Below, piece after piece: positions 26,545 through 36,612 of a stretch of DNA of 56,120 nt. The position numbers and the translations under genes were made by a program. The notes beneath the pieces were generated by a model. It was not told the DNA's origin. It worked only from the letters and a program-made list of their open reading frames with translations, and did no database searches. Source of the stretch: a virus (taxonomy: Duplodnaviria; Caudoviricetes); the IMG/VR virus record IMGVR_UViG_3300036759_000011, positions 1 through 56,120 of that record. One strand, 5' to 3'. The first letter of the stretch is position 1, and each line of letters begins with the position of its first letter.

Positions 26545-26699
26545 GATATTTGGCAGGTATTATAGATGGTGAAGGCTCTATATCCTGCACATCTCGCAAC
26601 ATGCAATATTGGCTAAAGAAATACGATCTAACTCTAAATAGCCAAGACATTAAGAAATCCAAAGGAAGGAAGATTCTCAAGGAGTTGGGCTTGATTTGA
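26530..26699 (+). pseudogene. Truncated LAGLIDADG homing endonuclease remnant
   Basis: GYLAGIIDGEGSI motif followed by only ~40 aa. Confidence 0.65.
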
Positions 26700-26704
26700 C
26701 AAAA

Positions 26705-26757
26705 AGATAAGGCCCCTCCCGGAGCCTTACATCTTACAACCAGGAGGGGCCTTATCT
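26705..26757. terminator. Terminator between convergent transcription units
   Basis: 15-bp perfect IR AGATAAGGCCCCTCC; U-tract on the - strand. Confidence 0.75.
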
Positions 26758-26800
26758 ACTGGTCAGCCTGCTCGACAGACTCTTCAGGCGACAAAATAAA

Positions 26801-27034
26801 TCACCCCCCTTCTGACTCAACGGGAGTTTCAGCTGCGGCAATCCCCCAGGCACCAACGACCAAAGCAATCATGGATAGTAACCATACCATCCACACATCA
26901 TCTTTCCAGATGTATGTGAGCGGCATACCGGGGACGATCGTTAGGATAATTATCCATGCTGCTACAGAACGTCTGGTTCTGGCGGAGAATTTACCAGCTA
27001 GCCAGTCTCCGGGTTTATAAAAAAGGGTTTTCAT
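26801..27034 (-). CDS. Small 2-TM membrane protein (holin candidate)
   Basis: Two hydrophobic helices; distal to the lysis genes. Confidence 0.6.
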   Translation of the reverse strand: MKTLFYKPGDWLAGKFSARTRRSVAAWIIILTIVPGMPLTYIWKDDVWMVWLLSMIALVVGAWGIAAAETPVESEGG

Positions 27035-27206
27035 GGCACGAATATATCAACCACTTGAGATAGATCGTCCGATAGAATTAGAAATACTCAAAGATGCTTT
27101 GGTAGAATACATGAAGCATCCAGAAGTATTCCGTTCTACTTTGTTCGATGATGCCGCTCGACTCTTGAATAGGATTAAAGTTATAGAATATACTGCCAGA
27201 TTGTAA
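27033..27206 (+). CDS. Hypothetical protein (57 aa, not in track)
   Basis: AAGGG SD; MARIYQPLEIDRPIELEILKDALVEY... Confidence 0.5.
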   Translation: MARIYQPLEIDRPIELEILKDALVEYMKHPEVFRSTLFDDAARLLNRIKVIEYTARL

Positions 27207-27209
27207 AGC

Positions 27210-27311
27210 GTTGGGGGCGTGTGGTATGCCGGGAGAGAGAACGGCCACGCCCCCAACATTTTGAAAGCAATGTGGGAGGGATGGTTCAGCGGCCTTCCCC
27301 ATCCCTCCCAC
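27210..27311. terminator. Two tandem GC-rich hairpins
   Basis: GTTGGGGGCGTG/CACGCCCCCAAC and GTGGGAGGGATGG/CCATCCCTCCCAC. Confidence 0.65.
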
Positions 27312-27326
27312 GCTACTTCGCGTGAT

Positions 27327-28067
27327 TTACTGTACGCAAGTGAATAAAGTTTCTTTCCCGCCCGCGGCATTTACTGTGACAGTTCTTAATGTAAACCCTG
27401 GGGGACAATTCAATACTCCTACTGCTGGTTCACCTTTTGGCCCTGGTGGGCCTGGTGGGCCTGGTGGGCCTGGTGGGCCTGGTGGGCCTGGTGGGCCTGG
27501 TATTCCTACACCTTGTCCAGATTTTCCTTGTGGGCCTTGAGGCCCTTGAGGCCCAGGTGGCCCTTGTGGCCCAGGTGTACCACTACCACTAGATCCGTTA
27601 CTACCGTTACTACCCTGTGGCCCCGGTGATCCTGGTGGCCCTTGTTCACCTTGCTTGCCAGGTAATCCCTGTGGGCCTTGAATTCCGCGTTCTCCCGTTT
27701 TACCGCGTGGGCCTTGTGTTCCACGCTCACCACGTTTGCCTTGCTTACCCTGTTCGCCGCGTAATCCACGTAGCCCTCGTTCACCACGCAATCCCTGTGC
27801 GCCTTGAGCGCCACGTTTACCAGTTAAGCCTTTAATACCCTGTAGCCCTTGTATGCCCTGCTTACCTTTTTGGCCCTGTTGTCCAGTATTACCTTCTTGT
27901 CCAGGTGGGCCAGGCGGGCCTGGTATTGGATTGTGTACGGTAATAGTGGTTGTAATCTTTTGACCGTGATTGCTAGAAGCAAAGATTCCTGAAGCCGCTA
28001 TAAATCCCGCCGCGAGGAAGAATAAAACAACAGCTACGAAAAACGTTCTATTCGAGCTAAGTTTCAT
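27327..28067 (-). CDS. Membrane-anchored collagen-like protein in the lysis cassette
   Basis: N-terminal TM, long Gly-X-Y run, small C-terminal domain with a Cys pair. Confidence 0.85.
   Translation of the reverse strand: MKLSSNRTFFVAVVLFFLAAGFIAASGIFASSNHGQKITTTITVHNPIPGPPGPPGQEGNTGQQGQKGKQGIQGLQGIKGLTGKRGAQGAQGLRGERGLRGLRGEQGKQGKRGERGTQGPRGKTGERGIQGPQGLPGKQGEQGPPGSPGPQGSNGSNGSSGSGTPGPQGPPGPQGPQGPQGKSGQGVGIPGPPGPPGPPGPPGPPGPPGPKGEPAVGVLNCPPGFTLRTVTVNAAGGKETLFTCVQ
27443..27502. repeat. 9-bp tandem repeat (CCTGGTGGG)n encoding Gly-Pro-Pro
   Basis: About six exact copies. Confidence 0.85.
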
Positions 28068-28270
28068 TTTTCCATACGGAGCCTATGTAATTCTTCGGCT
28101 ACCGCTTCCGATTCCTCTCTGGCTGCTTTTAGTTTCTTCTCGCATTCCTCGCTTGATTCGTGTCTAGCCTTAACGAGAGCAGAGTAAGCCATTAGACACC
28201 CACCCGTTGCTGTGATAATCGCGGCAATCCCGGTGAGTACAACGTCCCACGGTATTTCACTCAGCAACAC
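28064..28270 (-). CDS. Holin-like TM plus coiled-coil protein
   Basis: One TM helix then charged coiled coil, directly after the endolysin. Confidence 0.65.
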   Translation of the reverse strand: MLLSEIPWDVVLTGIAAIITATGGCLMAYSALVKARHESSEECEKKLKAAREESEAVAEELHRLRMEK

Positions 28271-29159
28271 GAACGAACACGGTGTTCTGACTATTCTTGT
28301 TTCGGAGCCGTCGCATAACTTCGCCGCCATTAGAGTTATCCGACATGGACGTATTGCCTTCGATAGCATTAAAGCTTGGTGATGTAGTCCAATCCTCGAA
28401 AAATCCTACGTGGTCGAATTCACCATTATAATCCCAATCGTAGCAGACTAGATCACCCGCCTTTGGGCTACTTGTAATACTTAGTCCATTATAGCCCATC
28501 CGAGCATCGTTCACGATGTATGGAACGTAGCTGTACCGCGATCCCCTGGCGAAGCTATTAGTGGGATTACCACTTAGTTGATCGCAATATGTGCAGAAGA
28601 TTGCACACCAAGGGACGCCATTCATTCCATACCAAGCACCAAATTCTTGCATATTCGAGCCAGCAGGATTCTCTTTCATACCAATATAAGAGACAGCCTT
28701 AGTCATTCTAGCCTGTGCCGAAGTGCTGCCCGAAGGTGGTGGATTGGGATTTCCTCCGAATCTATCCCATGCTGCGTTAATAAGCTCAACAGCTCTTGCA
28801 TCCATTGCCATTTCGCCCTCATGTGGCCCTGGTGGGCAACGAATGCTTCGTAGTGTGTTGAATGTAGATTCCCCAACCCATCCCGTTGAGTTGAGATTCT
28901 GCTGTCTCTGTATTCCCGCAACTCCACTATTGATAACATCTGATCCCTTACCGTGAGCAAAAGCATTACTATAAGCTTGATCAAATTGTTGCCATTCCCA
29001 ACGTTGTGCTCTACTCACGGTTCTTTTGATAGCTTCAACGTCTGAGCCATCGACAGATGGAGTGTGACCTTTAACATCAGGCGGATACAATGGTCGCGGA
29101 AAACCCTTCACAGCAACCATCGGTCCACCCTTATACGGCTCTTCCCACCAGTCAGTCAT
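28257..29159 (-). CDS. Endolysin (putative PG-binding N-domain plus CHAP amidase)
   Basis: PWCAIF, HVGF and IEGN CHAP motifs. Confidence 0.88.
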   Translation of the reverse strand: MTDWWEEPYKGGPMVAVKGFPRPLYPPDVKGHTPSVDGSDVEAIKRTVSRAQRWEWQQFDQAYSNAFAHGKGSDVINSGVAGIQRQQNLNSTGWVGESTFNTLRSIRCPPGPHEGEMAMDARAVELINAAWDRFGGNPNPPPSGSTSAQARMTKAVSYIGMKENPAGSNMQEFGAWYGMNGVPWCAIFCTYCDQLSGNPTNSFARGSRYSYVPYIVNDARMGYNGLSITSSPKAGDLVCYDWDYNGEFDHVGFFEDWTTSPSFNAIEGNTSMSDNSNGGEVMRRLRNKNSQNTVFVRVAE

Positions 29160-29419
29160 AGCTCATGCCAGATAGTGACTTCTCGTGCTCCTACTGTACC
29201 GTTATCTGGTACATGCTGTACTACTTCCCATCTGATAGTACCAACCATCGGATAATCTAGATTGAGTCTGATCGGACCATACTGAATTACGGTTCTATGG
29301 AAATACTCACGGATGATCGAATCAAGCTCACTCTGTGGTTCGAGATTAGTCATATGCTCCTGAAGTTCACGATCAGGAGTCCAAATCCTCCTAAGTTTTT
29401 CAAATGGGCTGACGGTCAT
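29156..29419 (-). CDS. Hypothetical protein
   Basis: ATGA overlaps at both ends. Confidence 0.65.
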   Translation of the reverse strand: MTVSPFEKLRRIWTPDRELQEHMTNLEPQSELDSIIREYFHRTVIQYGPIRLNLDYPMVGTIRWEVVQHVPDNGTVGAREVTIWHEL

Positions 29420-30507
29420 GCGATCCTCATAATCTTATTCACGATGATGGTAGGCTGCATACTCGTGTGAGCCACGGTGGATCCAGATGTACCACCAGCC
29501 GGCGAAGTGGTGAATGTATGAGTATGGGCACCAGACGCAATCGAGTGTGTATGGACGGCCACGCTGTCAAAACCGCCCACAGCGCCCATAGGCTGAGAAG
29601 CTGAATATGGGCCTTGGGTAAGCACGTTATTACTAGATGGGCCTGTGCTTCCACCGTGGTTATGTGCTGGGCTTTCAGCGTTCGTTGTACCACCATGAGT
29701 GTGGACGGGCATCTGTGCTGTGGTTAGTACGACTCCCTCAGCTCCACATACGGCACCAACGGTTTGACCGTTAATACCAGAAATGGCAACAGTCAATCTA
29801 CCGGCGGGAGTACCCCCCATATTATCAGCGCCAACGCCGATCCTACTCCGATAATCAGGCAAATTAAAAGTAGTACTTCCATCGCCATTACCATGTGGGT
29901 ATCCTGAGTTGGAAGCGATTGTGTGAAGGGTAGCGTAGTTGGTGCGGCTGATAGCTTGTCCGTAAGCTAGCGTGCCCCAAGGAGGCATCTGAGAGCTAGC
30001 CCAAGGCCAATCAATAACACCACCAATAGGAATAGCCGGAACGTCGAAACCCAGCTTAATAGCCGTAACGGCATGGTCAGCGATTTTGGGAGTAGTAACT
30101 GCACTGTCAGCAAGATCAGCAGCAACGATAGTACCATCAACAATCTTAGCTGAAGTGACTGCGCCATCAGCCATCTTAATCGTGGTGACTGCACCATCAT
30201 GTAGCTTGGGTGTGGTGACGGAGCCGTCTGCAAGATCAGGCGTATCCCACGGCCCCGTAGAACCGATCTGCACCCAATCCGAGCCAGTATCGTAGTAATG
30301 CTTACCGTTATCGGTAGCATACCACATTCTACCTTCAATGCCTAGCGTGCTTGGTGTGCTAGGTGGTCTGGAAGCTAACGCTCCCTGATCGTACATGAGA
30401 GAATTTTCCAGACCAGCAACAACGGCACCAATATCCCGCGGAACGTCAGCACTATCGTGACGATCAGGGTCGGGATAGACAACTCCGTAACGTGTGCTAA
30501 CTAGCAA
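29416..30507 (-). CDS. Tail fibre protein with tail-collar domain
   Basis: DGAVTTxK repeats; GQAISRTNYATL..GDGSTTFNLPD; HTH repeats. Confidence 0.88.
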   Translation of the reverse strand: MLVSTRYGVVYPDPDRHDSADVPRDIGAVVAGLENSLMYDQGALASRPPSTPSTLGIEGRMWYATDNGKHYYDTGSDWVQIGSTGPWDTPDLADGSVTTPKLHDGAVTTIKMADGAVTSAKIVDGTIVAADLADSAVTTPKIADHAVTAIKLGFDVPAIPIGGVIDWPWASSQMPPWGTLAYGQAISRTNYATLHTIASNSGYPHGNGDGSTTFNLPDYRSRIGVGADNMGGTPAGRLTVAISGINGQTVGAVCGAEGVVLTTAQMPVHTHGGTTNAESPAHNHGGSTGPSSNNVLTQGPYSASQPMGAVGGFDSVAVHTHSIASGAHTHTFTTSPAGGTSGSTVAHTSMQPTIIVNKIMRIA

Positions 30508-30527
30508 TCTCTCTCTCCCTCCCTTCG

Positions 30528-31232
30528 TTACGCTCCGGGTTGATCTTCCACGACGCCCTGATACGTGGCGTACTTGGTATACACAACGCCGTAACTAGCA
30601 TTATTGTGATAAAGCTGGTCGTAATCTTGGCCTGTGGCCGTCACATAGCGGAGGACGATTCCCGCGGGCTTCTGGGCGATAATATCTTTAAGCGTTTGTG
30701 CTGGATCGGGAGTCTCACTAGCATATGTGATGATAGTAAGACCGTATGGTGGCTCAGCCGGACAAGCTGCGTGATCGCGCTCTCTAAATACAACAGTCTT
30801 ACGCCCGGTAAGATGGAGAGCAGCGGCGCGCTTAATCTGATCCACTGTACCACGTTCTAGATTAGTAGAAGCTCTAATCCTATCACGCTGTTCTTCGTCT
30901 GTTAGACCTGGAACAACTCCGGTTCCCAGAAACTGCGCGATATAGGGGAGTCCCTTGTTGGGGATCCTATTCAGATCAACTAGAACAGACCAGCCGACTT
31001 CCCCATTCAAAGTATCCCTAGCGAGGAATTCTACCTCCTTAAACATTTCCCCAACCGCTCTAATATAGATCATGAAGTCATCAGTCATAACGACATTCAT
31101 AGCATCTATAATAGGATCAGGAAATGTATTTACATACTCTTCCGGAGTCGCAGGTTCTACCGGGGCAGCTACACGGAAGCCTCTATAAAAGCCCGATCCG
31201 TAATACCCCATTCCATATTCAGTGCCAGCCAT
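30528..31232 (-). CDS. Baseplate wedge protein (P2 gpI-like)
   Basis: LPYIAQFLG, RGT, KPAGI; position after baseplate J. Confidence 0.75.
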   Translation of the reverse strand: MAGTEYGMGYYGSGFYRGFRVAAPVEPATPEEYVNTFPDPIIDAMNVVMTDDFMIYIRAVGEMFKEVEFLARDTLNGEVGWSVLVDLNRIPNKGLPYIAQFLGTGVVPGLTDEEQRDRIRASTNLERGTVDQIKRAAALHLTGRKTVVFRERDHAACPAEPPYGLTIITYASETPDPAQTLKDIIAQKPAGIVLRYVTATGQDYDQLYHNNASYGVVYTKYATYQGVVEDQPGA

Positions 31233-32197
31233 TAGAGCTTAATGATCCTAGTAACCACAGTATAGGGCGGCATGATAGAATGTGATCCACCGCCACCAGT
31301 GTTATTACTGATAGTCCCACCAATAGTGGGGAAGCTTGTTGCTCCGCCAACTCCACCGCCACAAATCGGGGATGAGTTTGGGCCACCCGATACTGCGGTG
31401 AATGCTGAGGTAGCATATCCGCCACCGCTACCAAAGCTGCCCGTGCCGAATGATGTATAGTTGTGAGTATGGCTGGGCAAGCTGATGTTGTGACTGTGTG
31501 CATGATCCGGCAGAGTTAGTGCGTGTGGATGCGTGTGAGCAGGGATCTGTGCGGCCGTTAGAGTAACGGTCTTTGCTCCGCCAGTTTGTCCTACCGTAGC
31601 AAACTCTGTCTGACCTGAATCGACGCTGAAGTTGGCAACACCCTTGGGTGGAACGTTGAAATGGCTGCCATCCACAGCACCCCATCTCGTACCAATCGCA
31701 GCGAACAACGCATCATAAGTTCCACCCGTTCGTGGATACGAAGCACCATTGCACAAGACCCAACCAGATGGGGCAGCAGTTCCACCATAATCGATCATCA
31801 TTCCTGGCAGGAATGTGGTAATAGTAGCCCATACGGGCGCACCACTCTGGGCCATAACTACTTGACCGTCTGATCCAACCGGGATTGGATAAGCAGGCGC
31901 TCCCGGAATACCTTGTGGGCCTACAACACCCTGAATACCTTGCGGACCAGTTGGGCCTGCTGGACCTACTGGACCAGTTGGGCCTGCTGGACCCGTAGGA
32001 CCAGCCAATCCACCTTCAGCAGCAGTAATTCTGGCTGCGACAGTGGCAGCACCACCCTGTGGATTCAGACCAAGCGTAGACTCAATCGCATTAACAGCGC
32101 TCGCAATTAGATTATGCGTGTCCGCATGGTCATGCTCCATGAGAGTGTCGTCATTTTTATTGGACGGGAGGTTATCTAGAGTGGTTGGATATGCCAT
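31232..32197 (-). CDS. Second tail fibre protein (collagen plus tail collar)
   Basis: GPT repeats; APSGWVLCNG..LFAAIGTRWG..FNVP. Confidence 0.88.
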   Translation of the reverse strand: MAYPTTLDNLPSNKNDDTLMEHDHADTHNLIASAVNAIESTLGLNPQGGAATVAARITAAEGGLAGPTGPAGPTGPVGPAGPTGPQGIQGVVGPQGIPGAPAYPIPVGSDGQVVMAQSGAPVWATITTFLPGMMIDYGGTAAPSGWVLCNGASYPRTGGTYDALFAAIGTRWGAVDGSHFNVPPKGVANFSVDSGQTEFATVGQTGGAKTVTLTAAQIPAHTHPHALTLPDHAHSHNISLPSHTHNYTSFGTGSFGSGGGYATSAFTAVSGGPNSSPICGGGVGGATSFPTIGGTISNNTGGGGSHSIMPPYTVVTRIIKL

Positions 32198-32205
32198 ACT
32201 CTCTC

Positions 32206-33909
32206 CTAGGCCAAACTAGTACTGACGGTAATCGCGCCAGGTCTGGTAAGTGGGATAGCTCCAGGAAGTTGGATATCAGCTTCAGCCATAGTACCCCCCG
32301 TTATTCTCATAGTCAAACCTCCCGGCGTAATATAATTAACGCCATCCACGGCATTGATTACCTGGCTCACTTCGTACTTGCGAACTACTGAAATATTATA
32401 CCAGGTATGTGTATCTACAGCTTTATCTGTGCCCCCAGGAGGTTGTCCCCATGCAGATGGTTCCAGATAATCTTGAACAGCTTTCGCTACGGATTCCTGC
32501 ACAACTAGAGGATCATACCCATTGAGGATGGTTACCTGGGCAGTAACATCGATTAAGCTATAATTGGGGTCAATCACATTCACCACGAAATTGACCTCTC
32601 TCAAGCTTTCCAGATACTCACTTACCGCACTCTTAGCTGGGATAGAAATAGCTTCCCCAGCCTGATCCACACATGCGAGCACAACAGTTCTTGGGTTATT
32701 GAATTCTGTGGTAATTCCGCCAGGCGCCCAAACTATGCTCGATCCTCTATGGAGCGAAGCTTTATCAACAAAAACAAACTCACCGGCACCGGGACCTTGC
32801 ACAAAAGCCCGCACACCAACGAAAGCTGTGTTTATCGGAGCTACCCCCAAGACAGTATAAGCAGTCCAAGCAGAAGTAGAGTTATTGGCGAGAGTTCCTT
32901 GTACAGTGCCGACAAGTGTTCCGCCTGAATTAAAGAATCCAAGCTCCGCTCTACAAGCTCGCGTAGCACCCACAGGATTGGCTTTGATCGAAACTATACC
33001 AGTCCAAGTTTCGTTTGGCAGAGCAGCAATCGCACCCGCTCCTGAGCTAGCACTAGGAGCACGGGCAACCATGTCTCCACCAGTAGCAGTCATTTTTAGA
33101 GATGCGATACCGTCAGCAGCTTCTGCGGTGGATCTGGCGATTGTACAAGCTGATACCACAGCCCAACCTGTCGCATCAGTCTCAACACTCGCTGAGTTTG
33201 CCGACAAAGCGTTATAATCTGGATTATATCCATCGAAAGCTACTGCACGCCACACAGGAGAAACATTACGGGCTAGGTCAGCATAATCTTGTGGAAGGAT
33301 CGGAGTCCTTGTGAGTAGAGCAAGCTGACCAATTAGCCTATCCAGATAGTCGGGATCAGTCTCCTGATCTTGCCCACCAACGGTCTGCCCTGTGAGCGTG
33401 ACTGAATCAACATAATCCAGAATATCCAGTAGTTCAACAGGAGTACCAATACCACCGAGTCCAGACCCGGAAGATCCTTCGGCGATAGCTATAATAACTA
33501 CAGCACCGGGATCGGTCGAAGTTAGACCCGGAGGTATCGTGACTTCGTTAAGAGTAGCAAATGGAATAGAAGCTCCCGTGGCATCTCTAACAACTACTTG
33601 CGTGCCTACAGGGATAGTATATCCAGCAGAATCACGCGTTACCCACGTAGTATTCCCCTGTGCTGCCGTTCCCTCGATGGGAGGAATATTCATCAGAGAC
33701 GCGCCGAAGTACCTGAAAATTGTATCAGGAACCCTAGATGCGACACTAATTAGGTCGGAAGTCTCAGTTGAGATTGCTTCCGCCAGCCAAACATCAAGAT
33801 TTCCCTCAGCCGGTTCCCAACCAGTGACATGAGATTCCAGGTAGTTATATACAAGCTGCAGAAGTGTAGCTTCGTTAGTTTGTACAGGATATGTAATATA
33901 GAGCGCCAT
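32206..33909 (-). CDS. Baseplate J-like protein with inserted carbohydrate-binding-like domain
   Basis: IPVGT, GGQDQETDPDYLDR, DY motifs; beta-rich insert. Confidence 0.88.
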   Translation of the reverse strand: MALYITYPVQTNEATLLQLVYNYLESHVTGWEPAEGNLDVWLAEAISTETSDLISVASRVPDTIFRYFGASLMNIPPIEGTAAQGNTTWVTRDSAGYTIPVGTQVVVRDATGASIPFATLNEVTIPPGLTSTDPGAVVIIAIAEGSSGSGLGGIGTPVELLDILDYVDSVTLTGQTVGGQDQETDPDYLDRLIGQLALLTRTPILPQDYADLARNVSPVWRAVAFDGYNPDYNALSANSASVETDATGWAVVSACTIARSTAEAADGIASLKMTATGGDMVARAPSASSGAGAIAALPNETWTGIVSIKANPVGATRACRAELGFFNSGGTLVGTVQGTLANNSTSAWTAYTVLGVAPINTAFVGVRAFVQGPGAGEFVFVDKASLHRGSSIVWAPGGITTEFNNPRTVVLACVDQAGEAISIPAKSAVSEYLESLREVNFVVNVIDPNYSLIDVTAQVTILNGYDPLVVQESVAKAVQDYLEPSAWGQPPGGTDKAVDTHTWYNISVVRKYEVSQVINAVDGVNYITPGGLTMRITGGTMAEADIQLPGAIPLTRPGAITVSTSLA

Positions 33910-34256
33910 TACACAGAGCCACCCGCGCCTCTTAGGGAAATGATATCCTGAAGCTTTGCTATCAGAGGATCAGCCGAATCGGGATGCTGAGACAAAATCT
34001 GCACAGCCCTAGATTCCCAGAGTTCCACGGAATTGATAATCAATTGGAGGTTAAGCGGCTGATTTTCAAACACTTGACTTGGTGTCCCGAATGTAGGAAC
34101 CTCCACCCGAGTCCTAGGCTCGACAAGCAAAGATACGAGCACACAATCAACTACATCATCTAGGGAATCTTGCTCGTTTACGACAGCGTGGCTATCCGTT
34201 ATATAGGAAAACCTAAACGGATAAGCGAAATGCGGAACTTCTACTTCAGTAGCCAT
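33909..34256 (-). CDS. Baseplate wedge gp25/GPW-like protein
   Basis: YPFRF, PTFG, WESRA. Confidence 0.8.
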   Translation of the reverse strand: MATEVEVPHFAYPFRFSYITDSHAVVNEQDSLDDVVDCVLVSLLVEPRTRVEVPTFGTPSQVFENQPLNLQLIINSVELWESRAVQILSQHPDSADPLIAKLQDIISLRGAGGSV

Positions 34257-34513
34257 TATGTACTAAAAGGCCACCATGCGATTACCCATGCCAGCCCCCT
34301 ATTGTCGTATTGCACCAGACACTCATCTCCTCTATTCGGTAGAGTAGCTGAATCCCTGGACTGCCATCTACAAGGACCGATTCGGTTAGGAGAGAAATCG
34401 GGGAGAATGACCCAAGCCCTCTCAGTGTAATCAGTCACATCTACCGCGAATTGACCAAACCACAGAGAAGCGGGTACATTCGGCTTCGTGAATTGCTCAC
34501 GCATCATACTCAT
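34256..34513 (-). CDS. Short baseplate spike-like (OB-fold) protein
   Basis: LPNRGDECLV motif; position. Confidence 0.65.
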   Translation of the reverse strand: MSMMREQFTKPNVPASLWFGQFAVDVTDYTERAWVILPDFSPNRIGPCRWQSRDSATLPNRGDECLVQYDNRGLAWVIAWWPFST

Positions 34514-34515
34514 AG

Positions 34516-36612
34516 TTACGCTCCTACGTGGATATGGTCCGTATGATCGTCGGTGATGGAAGTCGTAGGTGCTCCATGATTCCATTGATGCTTACGAACT
34601 TCGTCATCATCGTAGCCTACACCATTGCAGATAATTTGGCTGGGATTGACGGAATGCAGAGCATCCATCAATTCAATAGCCCATTGCTTACCTGTGGGGG
34701 AAGATACTCCCAAATTAGCTACACCCGCTCCAGGTTTACCTAGACGACCGATATCCATAGCGCCACCCTCAGCATGTTCGCTTCGTCTAGTAGTCCCCTT
34801 AACCAAACAATCATGATCTTCGCACAACGCATTTAGATAGATGATCCATCCAGAATCCAGAATCCATAACATAATTTGCAGAAGCTTTGTTTGCGGTACT
34901 ACAGTATCTCCACAAGGTCCCTTCCAAGGTATACCCTCAGCAGCCTTTCGTAGCTGTGATAGGGGGCTAGGTCCGCCAATCAAGCGACCTTGCTTTTCAT
35001 ACTGCATAATTCTATTAGCCAATTCCTTGATAGGACCTTTAACAAGCTTGGCATCGGATTCTGTAAGACCTTGCTGTTGTGCGAGGGAGGGAGCACCATA
35101 TGCTCCCTTTGCAGAGGCAAGCTCGTCTTGATAAGGCTCTGGGAACTGTGGAGAAGGCTTTTTAAGGGTGATTGTCCCATGTGGAGAAAACATATCCCGT
35201 TCTACTGTCTCGACAAGCCAGCGACCGTCCCACGGTCCCATACCTTCTAGCCTCACGACACAGCCGGGAGGAACAGCATATCTTCCCATTCTCAGACTTA
35301 CTTGAAGAGTAGCGGCAGGCTTGTTAGTATCGTAATCCCCACTAATATCGTCGATGCCGTCGCTTTCCTCAGACCATACAGCCCGAGGCGCTGAGTTGAA
35401 TAGATCCCGCTCATCCATATAATAGAACGTTCCACTGATAAAAAATGCTCGCCAATTAACCTTGTCGGCAAGTCTTTGAATACAAGTCCAAGTATCTTCG
35501 GGCAGCCATTTTGTATTCTTATCGGTGGGCATAATTCCACGCCAGTAGTGATAATCGCCGCCTTCTGTTGCCTCGTACACATGTTGCATATTGGCGTTCT
35601 TTTCAACTGGCCCAGGATCGACGGGATTACCAGTAGCCAATCCCCATGCGGCAACCCAACGCTCCCCCTCTGTGCGCCATCGACCGTAAGCGTTGGGCTT
35701 TCCACTGTTCTGTACTTTCTGACACAAGTCGTTGTAACTAAGATTAGGATCTCTCAAATCCCAATCGACGGCTTTGACGAACCACGCTGCGGAATCTGTA
35801 GAAGGATCACCAGTGGCAGGCCACCACTTGGGATTTTGCTGAAAATCCCCCACAGCAGTATCGTCCGTACCCACATCTTCACCAATCCGAGATTCTGTAA
35901 TTACGGTCATCATTGAGCAAACCATGATCTTCTTTTTGTGGGGATTGCTCTTATCGATCATAGAATCCCCGGTATTCAGAATAGCCGTGGCGTGTTCGCG
36001 CTGCTTCATAGTAGCAGGAGAGCCTTTAACGGTCAGTCTCTCGCTGGCCGCCACGCCTGGTACCCTCTGAGGATCAACTCCTGGATAAACATATTGATCT
36101 TTCTGATTAAAGATAGGCTGCCTCTTGTGAAGCTCTGGGATATAATAGGGAATGAAAATTTCTCTTACTTCCTTGAGCATACCAACAATGAATTCGGCCC
36201 GAGTCATTTGGGTGCGCGCAACCGGGCCTTTCACATTCTTATACCTACGGAGGATCGCAACCTCACGTTCCTCAAACGTGAGGTTGAGAGTCCTTCCCTG
36301 TTTCTCAAGTCTTTGATATCTCCACCACAGGCCATCGATCTGTACGTCTAAATTTCTAGCCGACAGACGACCAGATCTAAGTAGAGTCAGCTTGGGATCT
36401 TCAACGCCAACTACTAGCGTGCTGGCACCATCAATCGTTCTCGATACCTGTGCGCTAACGATTGATTCTGACAGCTTAACTGCTAATTTGCCGTCCATTT
36501 GAGTATGAAATTGATTAATATCAACATCTTTGCCCAGGAGTTGTTGCTGAGTCAGTTCGACCTGACTAATCTCCATAGGCCGTACTAGTTTCTGTTGACC
36601 GGAAGAAGGCAT
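34516..36612 (-). CDS. Baseplate hub with lysozyme-like and M15-peptidase-like domains
   Basis: Hub motifs (EDTWTCIQRLA, WDGRWLVETV); TES..VGDFQQ; HxxxxxxD and HIH. Confidence 0.75.
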   Translation of the reverse strand: MPSSGQQKLVRPMEISQVELTQQQLLGKDVDINQFHTQMDGKLAVKLSESIVSAQVSRTIDGASTLVVGVEDPKLTLLRSGRLSARNLDVQIDGLWWRYQRLEKQGRTLNLTFEEREVAILRRYKNVKGPVARTQMTRAEFIVGMLKEVREIFIPYYIPELHKRQPIFNQKDQYVYPGVDPQRVPGVAASERLTVKGSPATMKQREHATAILNTGDSMIDKSNPHKKKIMVCSMMTVITESRIGEDVGTDDTAVGDFQQNPKWWPATGDPSTDSAAWFVKAVDWDLRDPNLSYNDLCQKVQNSGKPNAYGRWRTEGERWVAAWGLATGNPVDPGPVEKNANMQHVYEATEGGDYHYWRGIMPTDKNTKWLPEDTWTCIQRLADKVNWRAFFISGTFYYMDERDLFNSAPRAVWSEESDGIDDISGDYDTNKPAATLQVSLRMGRYAVPPGCVVRLEGMGPWDGRWLVETVERDMFSPHGTITLKKPSPQFPEPYQDELASAKGAYGAPSLAQQQGLTESDAKLVKGPIKELANRIMQYEKQGRLIGGPSPLSQLRKAAEGIPWKGPCGDTVVPQTKLLQIMLWILDSGWIIYLNALCEDHDCLVKGTTRRSEHAEGGAMDIGRLGKPGAGVANLGVSSPTGKQWAIELMDALHSVNPSQIICNGVGYDDDEVRKHQWNHGAPTTSITDDHTDHIHVGA

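Noticed and set aside
27443-27502. 9-bp tandem repeat as a regulatory or contingency locus
   Set aside because: Explained by in-frame Gly-Pro-Pro collagen coding.
29416-32197. Two similar tail-collar fibres as DGR or invertible tail-fibre system
   Set aside because: No reverse transcriptase, invertase or near-identical DNA repeat is seen.
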